From a virus (lineage: Duplodnaviria > Caudoviricetes): 64,000 bases of DNA. Positions within the stretch are counted from its first letter, which is position 1, and the number at the start of each line of letters is the position of its first letter. The notes beneath the pieces were generated by a model. That model saw nothing but the letters and a program-made list of their open reading frames with translations. It was not told the DNA's origin and did not search any database. The translations under genes were made by a program, and so were the position numbers. Positions 47,401 through 54,523 of this stretch are shown one piece after another. Location: the IMG/VR virus record IMGVR_UViG_3300046469_000011, positions 27,878 to 91,877 of that record, one strand, 5' to 3'.

Positions 47401-47576
47401 TTGTCAATTTGCTCTGCCCAAGCCCGCTGTGCTGCAATACCCGCCTTGGTGTTATCACCTAGACGCTTCTGAGCTTCATCGAAGCCAGCAATGTTCGCCG
47501 TTGCCGACGCAAAAGCTCGGGACGTATCGTCCTTTGCCTTGATGATGATTTCGATGATGTCCTGAAAATCCGGCAT
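41493..47576 (-). CDS. Tape measure protein
   Basis: 2027 aa, helical Ala/Gln-rich; N-terminal IEIIIKAKDD; follows the chaperones. Confidence 0.9.
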   Translation of the reverse strand: MPDFQDIIEIIIKAKDDTSRAFASATANIAGFDEAQKRLGDNTKAGIAAQRAWAEQIDKGKTPADRQKDSITRLNASYNDLKLSANSSQKAIEEHVRAIQNVEIAQARVTKLQREGASGTSTYAAATIQLKTRTDELSKVLKEQGARTEETARQTAISIQRQAEMNTRAKETLQINAEIEAQQKRLLALAQRPAKTLASPDANQTQEIEATRALLDIRRRLTDVIGDQTEAENRLSEVRRQALRDQGFADEEDARKAKVEYAYAEALREVAKARREVNLANRATKRGDYTSVSEETAILADTNIRGLTTGTAAGDIGGNLGYFSKIIGGGQGGIGGLSQAGIGLIAPWITAIGGLAGAFGSVTSAVTAASTAVSAGFMTAMAQAIPAMGIFGASLQRLTSIFGYVQQIVAQTQARFVAQYMTAYQTALGINQVNIAEHNYSDTLFQAQQAVNNVRVAQLGLLTARQQAYRQLQQLVFQEEQARLAALASSLALTDAQKALQQAVATGGDVQQAQLQVAQAQVGHQQAIVQMHNAITDAASGSLARQNIAQTVRQAEIGLVSARRAVVDSQYALAQARAAIIEARQAAVGYDVGVQAQLAFLRSQMTQTERVLSGYILTLYRMFQGAHGVLRPITDQIIGAFVPIVGNIIRVLRDPRILGALQQLAHSMAGGIGQITKAFFSPAAINTFIYLIHQASANVKPLARIIVDFLTSVGAIVRIVSPFLHQILIFIEGIANQFTSWVSSTQGKNQLKAYFSDAFDALKSLISLFVAFGKLFFSILGEGGGARSGIGLIDDFTKKINRLTKSINDHGSAWHVLQRLWASARPILADLGMIFGALAKAILDITGSAGGQQGLHAMAVLLSQEVIPAITQFLIITGQVISDITRFLAAHQNLATAVTALATAYLGFRFVRGIIGGLLGGTGRLLSDLGKLQRFFTHPWQTIKDVWGGKPFEISGQPILDACTTGAERLGAAIREALGVGSTEAATKIEEAEVAGGAKAAEEEKIGEVQGGAIAGEEEGAGAAGGGGINAVEGFAGGSFLSRLGGGLGWLSRLGGAAASLYALYQATQGVPTSPNSQFKFVPSNKYIAPNQVGTFGGSVENSLSSIPIIGKAIFGLTGSVDPTTVALQRLNKEIKNLPPLTDLSKQQLESFRQEVLRISRMPDMTERERQALRAYAGMLTQTQVAMQRWAGTFKTFSATGIQSAAEFRNSLISDGQQIASRWTRGTQQWTTQVQAVISVAMANIQQMTADGVKGVGQDLQSLWNFMVKYLPGFQTQLNQMGQSLMAQLGMSGTFHASQLSQSAPSWLRHSSRPHHTSTPSAPKLSVPNPVSMPSLASAPPPSPNIGGGNYGPGINANSGGSGAVPAPSYQPAGRSQIGPGGTFSLASISFDTPAFYRAQLQLYLRAQQIANSINTFTKNFELLSGPNGLFALAAQAISDLTTRMTNTATLAANGIRMIGSRFVSTTPLTQVASDIAQINVTNVNLRDNERLVSQESRALREINRRIRDFGRVTASNMKYYQQLVGARQQILQDIMQLDQQIGSDAQQALQLAQQLFQDRLTKAMRASTNALAYFQQLLATYQAIGTTGAIGRTGNINEIISSTENNLRMADQGVIAASQAQVQALQHAYDIAAQKARRDPRWQSVADQIYAQLQQAISSVSQAQAQALQDAMNAQQEQAQYQNNQVQVMQTVAQVQQGFGNFLGGALTNIQAARLNQQYMQQQYTATQGLLTQAEAQGNTQAILTLTEQLQTLGAQIQQANLTYQQAITAYGQAIVTMYDTAAQTQSGIVQTAQGIFQLIGQIQGNQALPQQIQVAQENATQLAQLASSLVQKIVQDMSNGTFGSYQGQVNAVLGPLMAAFQQSPQAFAALSVAMGSQISNLMGILPQDMQGVFNDLISAMGANTTATVQNTANLQQLEATTNQQNFSSSAWTMFRDAIFNGLGGLLPQYAMSVPSMDIGGNIQRSGLIFGHAGEQIVPANISRTNNFGTKNIENHFHIDHPMEVADPVHLSNAVAWKMNHDPDSR

Positions 47577-47579
47577 GGC

Positions 47580-48092
47580 TTACGCCTGATCGAGATCCTT
47601 CATGTAGTCAGGTGCCTCTTCGACCTTCGGTTTTGCATCGCCGCGCTTTTTTTTGTATTCCCTTTCCACTCTTTCAAGACCACGCTCTGCGGCGGCGAAG
47701 AATGGATTGTCTTTGGATAGCTTTTCTTCTTCCTTTACGAAATCCTTCGAGAAAGCTTTCTCAATTGATTCCACAGCTTGCTCGTGGCTTACTTCCAGAT
47801 CCCTGATCGCCTTTCCTCTCGCCCCGGTGTTGTCTTCATCCCACGCTGAGTTAGACCACAGAGCCGCGACCATTTCGCGTCTTTGAATTTCTAGCGTTTC
47901 TAGAATTCTCCGCTTTTGATGCAAAGTATAAAAGCGCTCGAATCGTGTAGCGGACCAATGCAGTAACTCTTCTATGGATTCTGGGTGATAAGCGGAATAC
48001 TCTTCCAGAGCTTCTACGACTGAGACGGGTTTGCTTCCTTCGCCCGAGCCTGCCAGCGAGCGCGAAGCTGCGGAAACCTTTGGCGAAAAAAA
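47580..48092 (-). CDS. Tail assembly chaperone, -1 frameshift extension (G-T form)
   Basis: The -1 frame from T-TTT-TTT (48092-48086) is open without stops into ORF 47580..47924. Confidence 0.7.
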   Translation of the reverse strand, partial: FFSPKVSAASRSLAGSGEGSKPVSVVEALEEYSAYHPESIEELLHWSATRFERFYTLHQKRRILETLEIQRREMVAALWSNSAWDEDNTGARGKAIRDLEVSHEQAVESIEKAFSKDFVKEEEKLSKDNPFFAAAERGLERVEREYKKKRGDAKPKVEEAPDYMKDLDQA

Positions 48093-48679
48093 GTGTTGAT
48101 GGCCTTGTAGTTCTGATCGATGAATGTCTCAAAAATTTCCTGAAACATATCGTCAGACATGCCGCCGACTTCAGGCGACTGCTTCATCATTTCCTGAACC
48201 AAATCCCATTCGTAGTCTGGGACAGAAAGCCAGATGCACACGGACTTCCCGAGAAATTCAGGCGTATGCGTCAGGAGCTTCCCGACCGCGTGGACGAACA
48301 GATCGGCGTCTTGGAAATCGGCAGGTGAGATAACCCCAGGATTCCTGAATTGTGGTGGCGCTAGCAGGTTGTTCAGAGACAGAGCGTTGTCGCCCGAAAG
48401 CGCCTTGTCGAGAAATTCTCCGACCAGTCCAAACCACTGAGCCTTTCCAATTACCGAAAGCTCGCGCTGAATGTATGTGCGCTGCTGCTCAGGAGGGCCA
48501 ATTTTCCATTCCCGCGAGCCTGCCTTGGGAGCTAGAGCCGCCATGTCCTCGGCTATTTGTTCCTTAGTGGGGCCATTATCTGTTTGTGCCCCAGGGCGCG
48601 GGCGAGTCGAATTTTGCTCAACCTCGCCCTCTGAAAGAGCCTCGTTGGGATCTACATCTACGACCTGATCAACTTCCAT
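48014..48679 (-). CDS. Tail assembly chaperone (G form)
   Basis: AGGAGG RBS; lies before the tape measure gene; contains a slippery heptamer. Confidence 0.75.
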   Translation of the reverse strand: MEVDQVVDVDPNEALSEGEVEQNSTRPRPGAQTDNGPTKEQIAEDMAALAPKAGSREWKIGPPEQQRTYIQRELSVIGKAQWFGLVGEFLDKALSGDNALSLNNLLAPPQFRNPGVISPADFQDADLFVHAVGKLLTHTPEFLGKSVCIWLSVPDYEWDLVQEMMKQSPEVGGMSDDMFQEIFETFIDQNYKAINTFFRQRFPQLRARWQARAKEANPSQS

Positions 48680-48702
48680 GACGACCTCCTAAGATCGTGC
48701 GG

Positions 48703-49218
48703 TTATGTGTTTTGTATATCGAAGTCCGCAATGCGAGCTTCAAGTTCTTCCTGCATAGCCAGCTTGGACCTCTCCCACCATTCAATTTGTGGACGCTGAC
48801 CGCGAAATTCTTTGATGGCGTGTGGCTTCTCGCCTTCCTTGTCGATCCAGAAGAACCCTCGCTTAGAAACATCTCTGGCGAGAATTTTTCTCAGGCCGCC
48901 TTCCCCTGTGCCCTCCATGACGAAGCGAGCGTGCGGCGAGGCCACGAACGAGATGTAGAGAGCCGCCTGTCGCGTTCCGCCGCCTCCCAGACCACCTGGG
49001 GCATACTCAGCGTGGGTGTAGCGAATTGCGTCTGCCATCCGCTCTCCCTGGCGATTGCGCCTGGCAGGCCCCCGAGGAACTCCCCTCTGGGCTTCCTCGT
49101 AGCCACGCTCCACGGTTTTCTCAACCGCTTCGATGGCGAATTTGGTGATGCCAGCCTGATTGACTCGCAAGCGGGCTAGCGTCGAATTGATTCCGTCTGT
49201 TTCTACTGAAAAATTCAT
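48703..49218 (-). CDS. HK97 gp10-like tail completion / neck protein
   Basis: A...VP.G......I...SPHARFVMEGT...RGQRPQ pattern. Confidence 0.6.
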   Translation of the reverse strand: MNFSVETDGINSTLARLRVNQAGITKFAIEAVEKTVERGYEEAQRGVPRGPARRNRQGERMADAIRYTHAEYAPGGLGGGGTRQAALYISFVASPHARFVMEGTGEGGLRKILARDVSKRGFFWIDKEGEKPHAIKEFRGQRPQIEWWERSKLAMQEELEARIADFDIQNT

Positions 49219-49224
49219 ATCTCT

Positions 49225-49277
49225 AAAAACAACGGAGCCGCCAGGGAAAAGGAGAGAAAACCCTGACGACTCCGTTG
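49225..49277 (-). terminator. Intrinsic terminator downstream of the tail tube gene
   Basis: 17-bp stem (2 G-U) followed by TTTTT on the - strand. Confidence 0.65.
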
Positions 49278-49373
49278 CGGGGGACGTGCAAGCGTGGCTC
49301 CTTGGCCCTTTTGTAGCCGGTAGCCCGAGGCCGCTTTGCGTCACCCCGGCACTATTTTGATGTTGGGTTACGT

Positions 49374-50354
49374 CTAGCTGAGCGCCTGATCGCGGATGAT
49401 GAAGAACTGCTTCTTCACGTCCGTAATGGACGTATCTGCGAGGCAGTTGAAAAGCAGCGGGATCGTCTGCTGATCGCCTGTCTTGGCAAACGTGACGGCT
49501 GCCTCCGAAGGCGACCGCTGGCAGATCCGGAAGAAGTACCCCCGGATATAGCCGCTCGGGCGCTGGAAGAGGACCGCAACGCGGCGCTGGGTGTAGAACG
49601 GCGGCGCACCGAATCCGATTTCCTTTTCAGGACCGGAGGCCGGTGTGGCGTCGATCAGAATTTCCGAACCCTCCCAAGCGACCTGCATCCGCTCTTCGGT
49701 TGACTCGGCCAGGGCCGTACCGACTGTGACGGTCCACCCGTTTGGCTGAGAACCGATGATCCCAAGCTGCTGGTCGATATCGAAGGTGTCCTCACCGTTG
49801 TTGATGGTGATGGTAATTCCGTTCTTGGTCGCGCCAAGATCGGACCACCCCGGCTGCGCGTCATACAGGCCCAATGCCCCAGAGCCTTCCTGGGTGTGAG
49901 CCACGACAGCCTGACCACCGCCAATAAGCGCTGACTCGACGGTCATCTGCGGCACATACATATCCGCCAGGGTCCCGCCGAAGGTCACCACAACCGGCGT
50001 AGCCGGGAGGGGTCCACCCGTCGCCGTGGCATTCCCCGAACCCACATTGGGGAGAGCCACAATCGCCGCCTGAATGTTCGCTGCGGTGGCGTCATATGCC
50101 AGCGTTGATGTGGTGTACGGACCAGTTCCGTCACCCGTGTCGAGCGTCAGCGTGAACCCGCCGCCCGTAGGAGTCCCACCGGAAACGGAAACTGTCTGCT
50201 CGTCATTATCAGCCGTTGTCGCGGTCGAAGACAGAGAAATCACATCGCTGATCTTCGCCGGAAACGCCTGAGTGATCGGAGCGACAAGGAGGCGGGCTGC
50301 GCCTCGGATGAAGCTCGTATCGTTGACGTTTACACGAAAGAAATCCGTTGCCAT
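49374..50354 (-). CDS. Major tail tube protein with inserted accessory domain
   Basis: RGAARLLVAP...W.DLGATKNGI...DIDQ...LAE pattern; AGGAGG RBS. Confidence 0.8.
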   Translation of the reverse strand: MATDFFRVNVNDTSFIRGAARLLVAPITQAFPAKISDVISLSSTATTADNDEQTVSVSGGTPTGGGFTLTLDTGDGTGPYTTSTLAYDATAANIQAAIVALPNVGSGNATATGGPLPATPVVVTFGGTLADMYVPQMTVESALIGGGQAVVAHTQEGSGALGLYDAQPGWSDLGATKNGITITINNGEDTFDIDQQLGIIGSQPNGWTVTVGTALAESTEERMQVAWEGSEILIDATPASGPEKEIGFGAPPFYTQRRVAVLFQRPSGYIRGYFFRICQRSPSEAAVTFAKTGDQQTIPLLFNCLADTSITDVKKQFFIIRDQALS

Positions 50355-50371
50355 TTAGCTCACCTCCTTCT

Positions 50372-50758
50372 CTAGCTGCTCTGAGGATTTGATTCGGTGG
50401 CGGCTCCCGGCGCACCACCCTCTTCCTGCACCTGCTCTACGACCTGCTGCTCCCCCTGCTGGCTCACGCTGGGGCCGCTGGGGGTTGACTCCACCACCGG
50501 GGACTGACCGGCGACATCTGCGCCGACCGGCTGGACCGGGGCCTGAGCCTCTTCTTCACTCGGTTCCTCTGCCTCGACGACGGCATAACCGAGAGACGTG
50601 GCGACATTCTGTGCCCGCGTCAGATTTTCTTCTGAAAGCTCGGCAGCTTGTCCAATGGAAATGACTTGATCAGGCTCTCCGCTTTCATCACGGGACAGCA
50701 CGATCTCGTTCACAACCACATCTGGACGGCCCGAGGCAACCAGCTTGTAGTAGGGCAT
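50372..50758 (-). CDS. Hypothetical acidic protein
   Basis: AAAGGAG RBS; structural operon. Confidence 0.65.
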   Translation of the reverse strand: MPYYKLVASGRPDVVVNEIVLSRDESGEPDQVISIGQAAELSEENLTRAQNVATSLGYAVVEAEEPSEEEAQAPVQPVGADVAGQSPVVESTPSGPSVSQQGEQQVVEQVQEEGGAPGAATESNPQSS

Positions 50759-50773
50759 CTGGAATTTCTCCTT

Positions 50774-51439
50774 TCACCCTTGATCGATGAATTGACTGTA
50801 ATCGACTTGTGACGCTTCAGCGAAGGTGCCTGGGCCACTAGACGGACGAACCGAATCCTTGCGGACCCGGAAAGAAATCTGCGCTCCCTGCCAAACGTAG
50901 GTTTCGCCATAGGCACCACCTTGGCCGGGAGAACGTACCTTGAAAAGATCAGAGATCATCACGGCGGGCTGAGAAATTTCCCCGATGATGGCTCCGCCAA
51001 GATCAGGATTTCGACGAAGACAGAGAACAACCGCGTCGGCCATTCTCTGAATGCGCCGGTTGGTTTCATCCTCGCTGGTCCCCTTGACCATGACCTCTAC
51101 AGAAATCTGATCATCCCAAGCCTCAAAATTGTCGGCGCTCGGAGATTGCGCGGAGGGATCGGCCCTCATCGCGAACACCGACAAATTTGGATAGGTATCA
51201 GGGGTCCCCAAGACCAGAGATGGCTTGTGGCCCTCATGGAAATTAGATGCCGGGATCGGCTCCATCGTCACAGGCGGAATATTTCTGCCGGTCACGGTGT
51301 TGAAGCGCTGATCAAGCGGCTGCCAATACGCATCGATTTCTTGCTGGGCGTTGTTCATGCCCTCGAAAAAGACGTAGAAGGCGGCTCGCTGAAGATCGGG
51401 CAGGCCAACTGTCGGAGTATCGAGAAGAGTGAAGCTCAC
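50774..51439 (-). CDS. Putative tail terminator
   Basis: TYPNLSV...LRRNPDLGG; position before the tail tube. Confidence 0.55.
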   Translation of the reverse strand: MSFTLLDTPTVGLPDLQRAAFYVFFEGMNNAQQEIDAYWQPLDQRFNTVTGRNIPPVTMEPIPASNFHEGHKPSLVLGTPDTYPNLSVFAMRADPSAQSPSADNFEAWDDQISVEVMVKGTSEDETNRRIQRMADAVVLCLRRNPDLGGAIIGEISQPAVMISDLFKVRSPGQGGAYGETYVWQGAQISFRVRKDSVRPSSGPGTFAEASQVDYSQFIDQG

Positions 51440-51942
51440 GAGTATTGGGTCTGCTTGTAGGGCCGGGGGAATTCCTCTGGGGAAGGCGTGAGATGGAACG
51501 GATTGATGTTCGCGCTCGACATTTGCGGAACGGCTCGGCCATTATCAAGCCAATATCCGATGAGCTTGGCGACTTCGGTGTATTTCGTTCGCGTCTCTTC
51601 CAGAAGTTCTTGGCGCTGCTGATCGAGTCGGCTTGCTCGATCCGTATACGAAAGATTTTCATTGGTCCCGCTGGCGCTGACCGACTGCGCCTGGTTCATC
51701 CAAAAATCAATGCCGCCCGGAATAATCTCGATGACGGCCACCTTGGCTATGTAGTCGATGGCGATCAGCGGATAATTCTGCTCTTGGGTGGAGGGAACGA
51801 CCGTCCCGGTGACCGTTTCCTTGGCGAGATTGATGGCTGCCTGTAGCGGGCCGTCGCCGACCCTGGGATCTCTCGAAAGAGCATCCCAAGTAACGGGAAT
51901 CAATCCCCTTACGCGGTCGGCGACTGGCCCTGCTACTGGCAT
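51436..51942 (-). CDS. Putative head-tail adaptor
   Basis: Size and position after the capsid gene; S.SGTNENLSY. Confidence 0.5.
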   Translation of the reverse strand: MPVAGPVADRVRGLIPVTWDALSRDPRVGDGPLQAAINLAKETVTGTVVPSTQEQNYPLIAIDYIAKVAVIEIIPGGIDFWMNQAQSVSASGTNENLSYTDRASRLDQQRQELLEETRTKYTEVAKLIGYWLDNGRAVPQMSSANINPFHLTPSPEEFPRPYKQTQYS

Positions 51943-51945
51943 TTC

Positions 51946-52665
51946 CTACTCCTGGCCTCCTGCGGGGGCCTCGGCGGGGGCGGTTGGCTGAACCGGGGCC
52001 GTCTCAGGGTCAACCGGCTCACCGGCAGGTCCCTGGTCACCCACACCAACCTGTTCCTCCCCAGACGCGGGAGGACGCGGGCGAGCGGCCTGAGCGTTGT
52101 CTTCGCTCACCTGCTCCTGCTCGTCACCATCCTGGCCCTCGAAGCTCTGCTCGGGGCCGCGATTGTGAGGCTGCCCTGTGCGCGTCTCAGCGCCGTAGAG
52201 AACCTCGTCGGGCACACGCTCCCGGTTATCCGGGTGCATGGCCTCCTGGTTGGCACGGCGGCTTAGACCGGCCTCCGCTGCCGCCTGCTGGTACTGGCGG
52301 GCGTATTCAGCGGACCCCGACAGAGCCTCCAACTCCTGCTCCTTCGGAATCACATGATGGCCGTACTGCTCAAGCGCATGGGCCTCGGCCTCATGCTCGG
52401 CCACGAAAATTCCGAATTCAGGCTCGTCAGCACCGGGGCCATAAGCCTCGGCGTCCTCGCCTGAAACGGGTTCCAGCAGGTGATCAAAATCACCCGACTC
52501 GGCCCGCTCCCGATGATGGGGCGTCATTTCTGACACCTTGATCAGCGAACCGGCAGGGTAATTGACCCCCTCCGTTTCAAACTGCGCGTCCTCTCCCTCG
52601 CCGTGGATTCGAGAAACCACACGCGGGATCGAAACGTCCTGCTTCGCGCGGTAATACTCAGGCAT
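51946..52665 (-). CDS. Hypothetical highly acidic protein
   Basis: AGGAGG RBS directly after the capsid gene; Glu/Gln/Pro-rich tail. Confidence 0.7.
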   Translation of the reverse strand: MPEYYRAKQDVSIPRVVSRIHGEGEDAQFETEGVNYPAGSLIKVSEMTPHHRERAESGDFDHLLEPVSGEDAEAYGPGADEPEFGIFVAEHEAEAHALEQYGHHVIPKEQELEALSGSAEYARQYQQAAAEAGLSRRANQEAMHPDNRERVPDEVLYGAETRTGQPHNRGPEQSFEGQDGDEQEQVSEDNAQAARPRPPASGEEQVGVGDQGPAGEPVDPETAPVQPTAPAEAPAGGQE

Positions 52666-52682
52666 TTTTTATCGCCTCCTTC

Positions 52683-53738
52683 CTAAGCGACCGTCGCGCT
52701 GAGGAAGCACTCCGGATGAATAATCCGGACGATGCGAGCCGCAGCTTCGCGGAGGTAGCGGTTCTTGGTCATGTTGTCGAGGATCACCTCAGAGGTCGGA
52801 CCCTGCTGAATTTCCGTCTCGTTGTAATCCGTTCCGATTTCCACCTGACCATTGAGGGTGTCGGCGATGGCTTCACCCTCGATCAGATACTCGGTCGTCA
52901 ACAGAACCTTGTAGTTCGGCAGGTAGCGGGTGTGCGCCGCCTCAGCCCGGTCTGCACCGGAAGCCATCGGGCGGAAACCGGCGTCATGGACGACGAATTC
53001 CGTACCTTCGGCAAGAAGCTGGGCAACCTGCTCCAACGTGGCCCTGAACGGCGTGCCGGTCGGGATGTTGAAATAGGTCTTGAGCTTCTGATTGTTGAGG
53101 ATCAGCTTGGCTGTCTTGGACGTGAGATGAATTCTCGTACCCAGGAAACCGGCATCGTTGGCTAGCTGAAGCTGCCAGCCTTCGAGGTCGGCCACCGGAT
53201 CAGAATTCACCACGTCACTCCACAGCGTAAGCGGCTGCGGCATATGTCCGGGCAGGAATCCGTAGTCGATGAAGATCTGCGAATTCGTGCGCGGATAGGT
53301 GATCGTCAGCGATCCGTTGACGAACGCCTGCCAGCGCATCCACTCCGTCAGACGCTCAAGGCGACGACGAAGAACCTGACCGCGCGACACGACATCCAGG
53401 CCCTCGGCATTTCGGATGAATTCGTCATTGGAATTCAGCCTCATCCATTGCTCTGAATTGATCCGGTGCATCTCTTCGAGATTCGCCATCTCAATCAGGG
53501 CCTCACGCCGCTCCGTGACTGGCATCTCAACCAGAGCAGGCATAGCGTTGGGGGCCTTGAACTGCCCGATACCGAACGAATACTGACGCCCGATATCCAT
53601 TCGAGCCATGCGGCTCTCCTGGTCAACCATTGGAGCAATTGCTTCCCCAAGGAATGGGGCCTGCTCCAAAGCGGTGTCCACCGGCTGATTCACCAGTTCG
53701 GTGAGAACCGCCTGATCGTAAATATCAAAAATCGGCAC
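52683..53738 (-). CDS. Major capsid protein (lambda gpE-like)
   Basis: RLTEWMRWQA..NG...IDYG...W....SDP..DL..W pattern; 351 aa; AGGAGG RBS. Confidence 0.88.
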   Translation of the reverse strand: MPIFDIYDQAVLTELVNQPVDTALEQAPFLGEAIAPMVDQESRMARMDIGRQYSFGIGQFKAPNAMPALVEMPVTERREALIEMANLEEMHRINSEQWMRLNSNDEFIRNAEGLDVVSRGQVLRRRLERLTEWMRWQAFVNGSLTITYPRTNSQIFIDYGFLPGHMPQPLTLWSDVVNSDPVADLEGWQLQLANDAGFLGTRIHLTSKTAKLILNNQKLKTYFNIPTGTPFRATLEQVAQLLAEGTEFVVHDAGFRPMASGADRAEAAHTRYLPNYKVLLTTEYLIEGEAIADTLNGQVEIGTDYNETEIQQGPTSEVILDNMTKNRYLREAAARIVRIIHPECFLSATVA

Positions 53739-53752
53739 TTGATCTCACCTCC

Positions 53753-54505
53753 TTAGATGAACTCGCAGGTGGGCAGACCAGCGACGATTGCTGCCTGATG
53801 TGCAGCAAAATCGACGATGGCCGCCGCCTTGAATGACACGTTGCGGCGAAGCATCGCCACTGGCTCGTCGGAAAGCTCCGAACCGTCTGCAAATTCGACG
53901 GTATCGAAAAGAATTCCGGCGACATTCTGCGAAGTCTCGGCAGGAGAACCCTGCTCAAGCTCCGCAACCACAATGTCCTGATTTCCAGGACCCGTCAACT
54001 GAGTCGGATCGGCGACGAGCAATTCCGTCTCCGTCCCGGCCTCCGCACCGTTTACCGTCACGGTGTAGACCTCGTTGCCCTGCTCATCGGCCACAGGCCC
54101 GGTCACCGTGGCGTTTCCGGAACCGATTCCCGGAAGGCCCTGGATTGCGGTCTGAAGGGCACTCGCCGAAGTCGGGTACGCAAGCTGCGCTGTCTCTCCC
54201 GAACCCAGACCGAGGGCGAATGTTCCACCCGTGGGCGGACCAACGAATGTGAGCGTTTCCTGCTGATCGACCACGGCCACATTGGTCGCGCCCGTGTAGC
54301 GCTCGTAGGTGTTGTCTGCCCGCTTGGACAGGACGGTTCCGGCCACCATGTAGCGGCGCAGCATGTACGGCCCGCTGGCGTCCGGGGCTACTCCCGAGGA
54401 ATTCAACACCACCGAATCGATGACGTTGGTTTCCAGGGGGTAAGCCAGAATTTCAGGGCGCGGAAGCGCATAGCGCATCCATCCCCGCTGAACACCGAAT
54501 GGCAT
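53753..54505 (-). CDS. Head decoration protein with inserted accessory domain
   Basis: AGTVLSK...Y..Y ... AGILFD split by a PTGGTF...LAY...IQ.LP.IGSGNA insert. Confidence 0.7.
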   Translation of the reverse strand: MPFGVQRGWMRYALPRPEILAYPLETNVIDSVVLNSSGVAPDASGPYMLRRYMVAGTVLSKRADNTYERYTGATNVAVVDQQETLTFVGPPTGGTFALGLGSGETAQLAYPTSASALQTAIQGLPGIGSGNATVTGPVADEQGNEVYTVTVNGAEAGTETELLVADPTQLTGPGNQDIVVAELEQGSPAETSQNVAGILFDTVEFADGSELSDEPVAMLRRNVSFKAAAIVDFAAHQAAIVAGLPTCEFI

Positions 54506-54523
54506 TTCTGATTCGCCTCCTTC

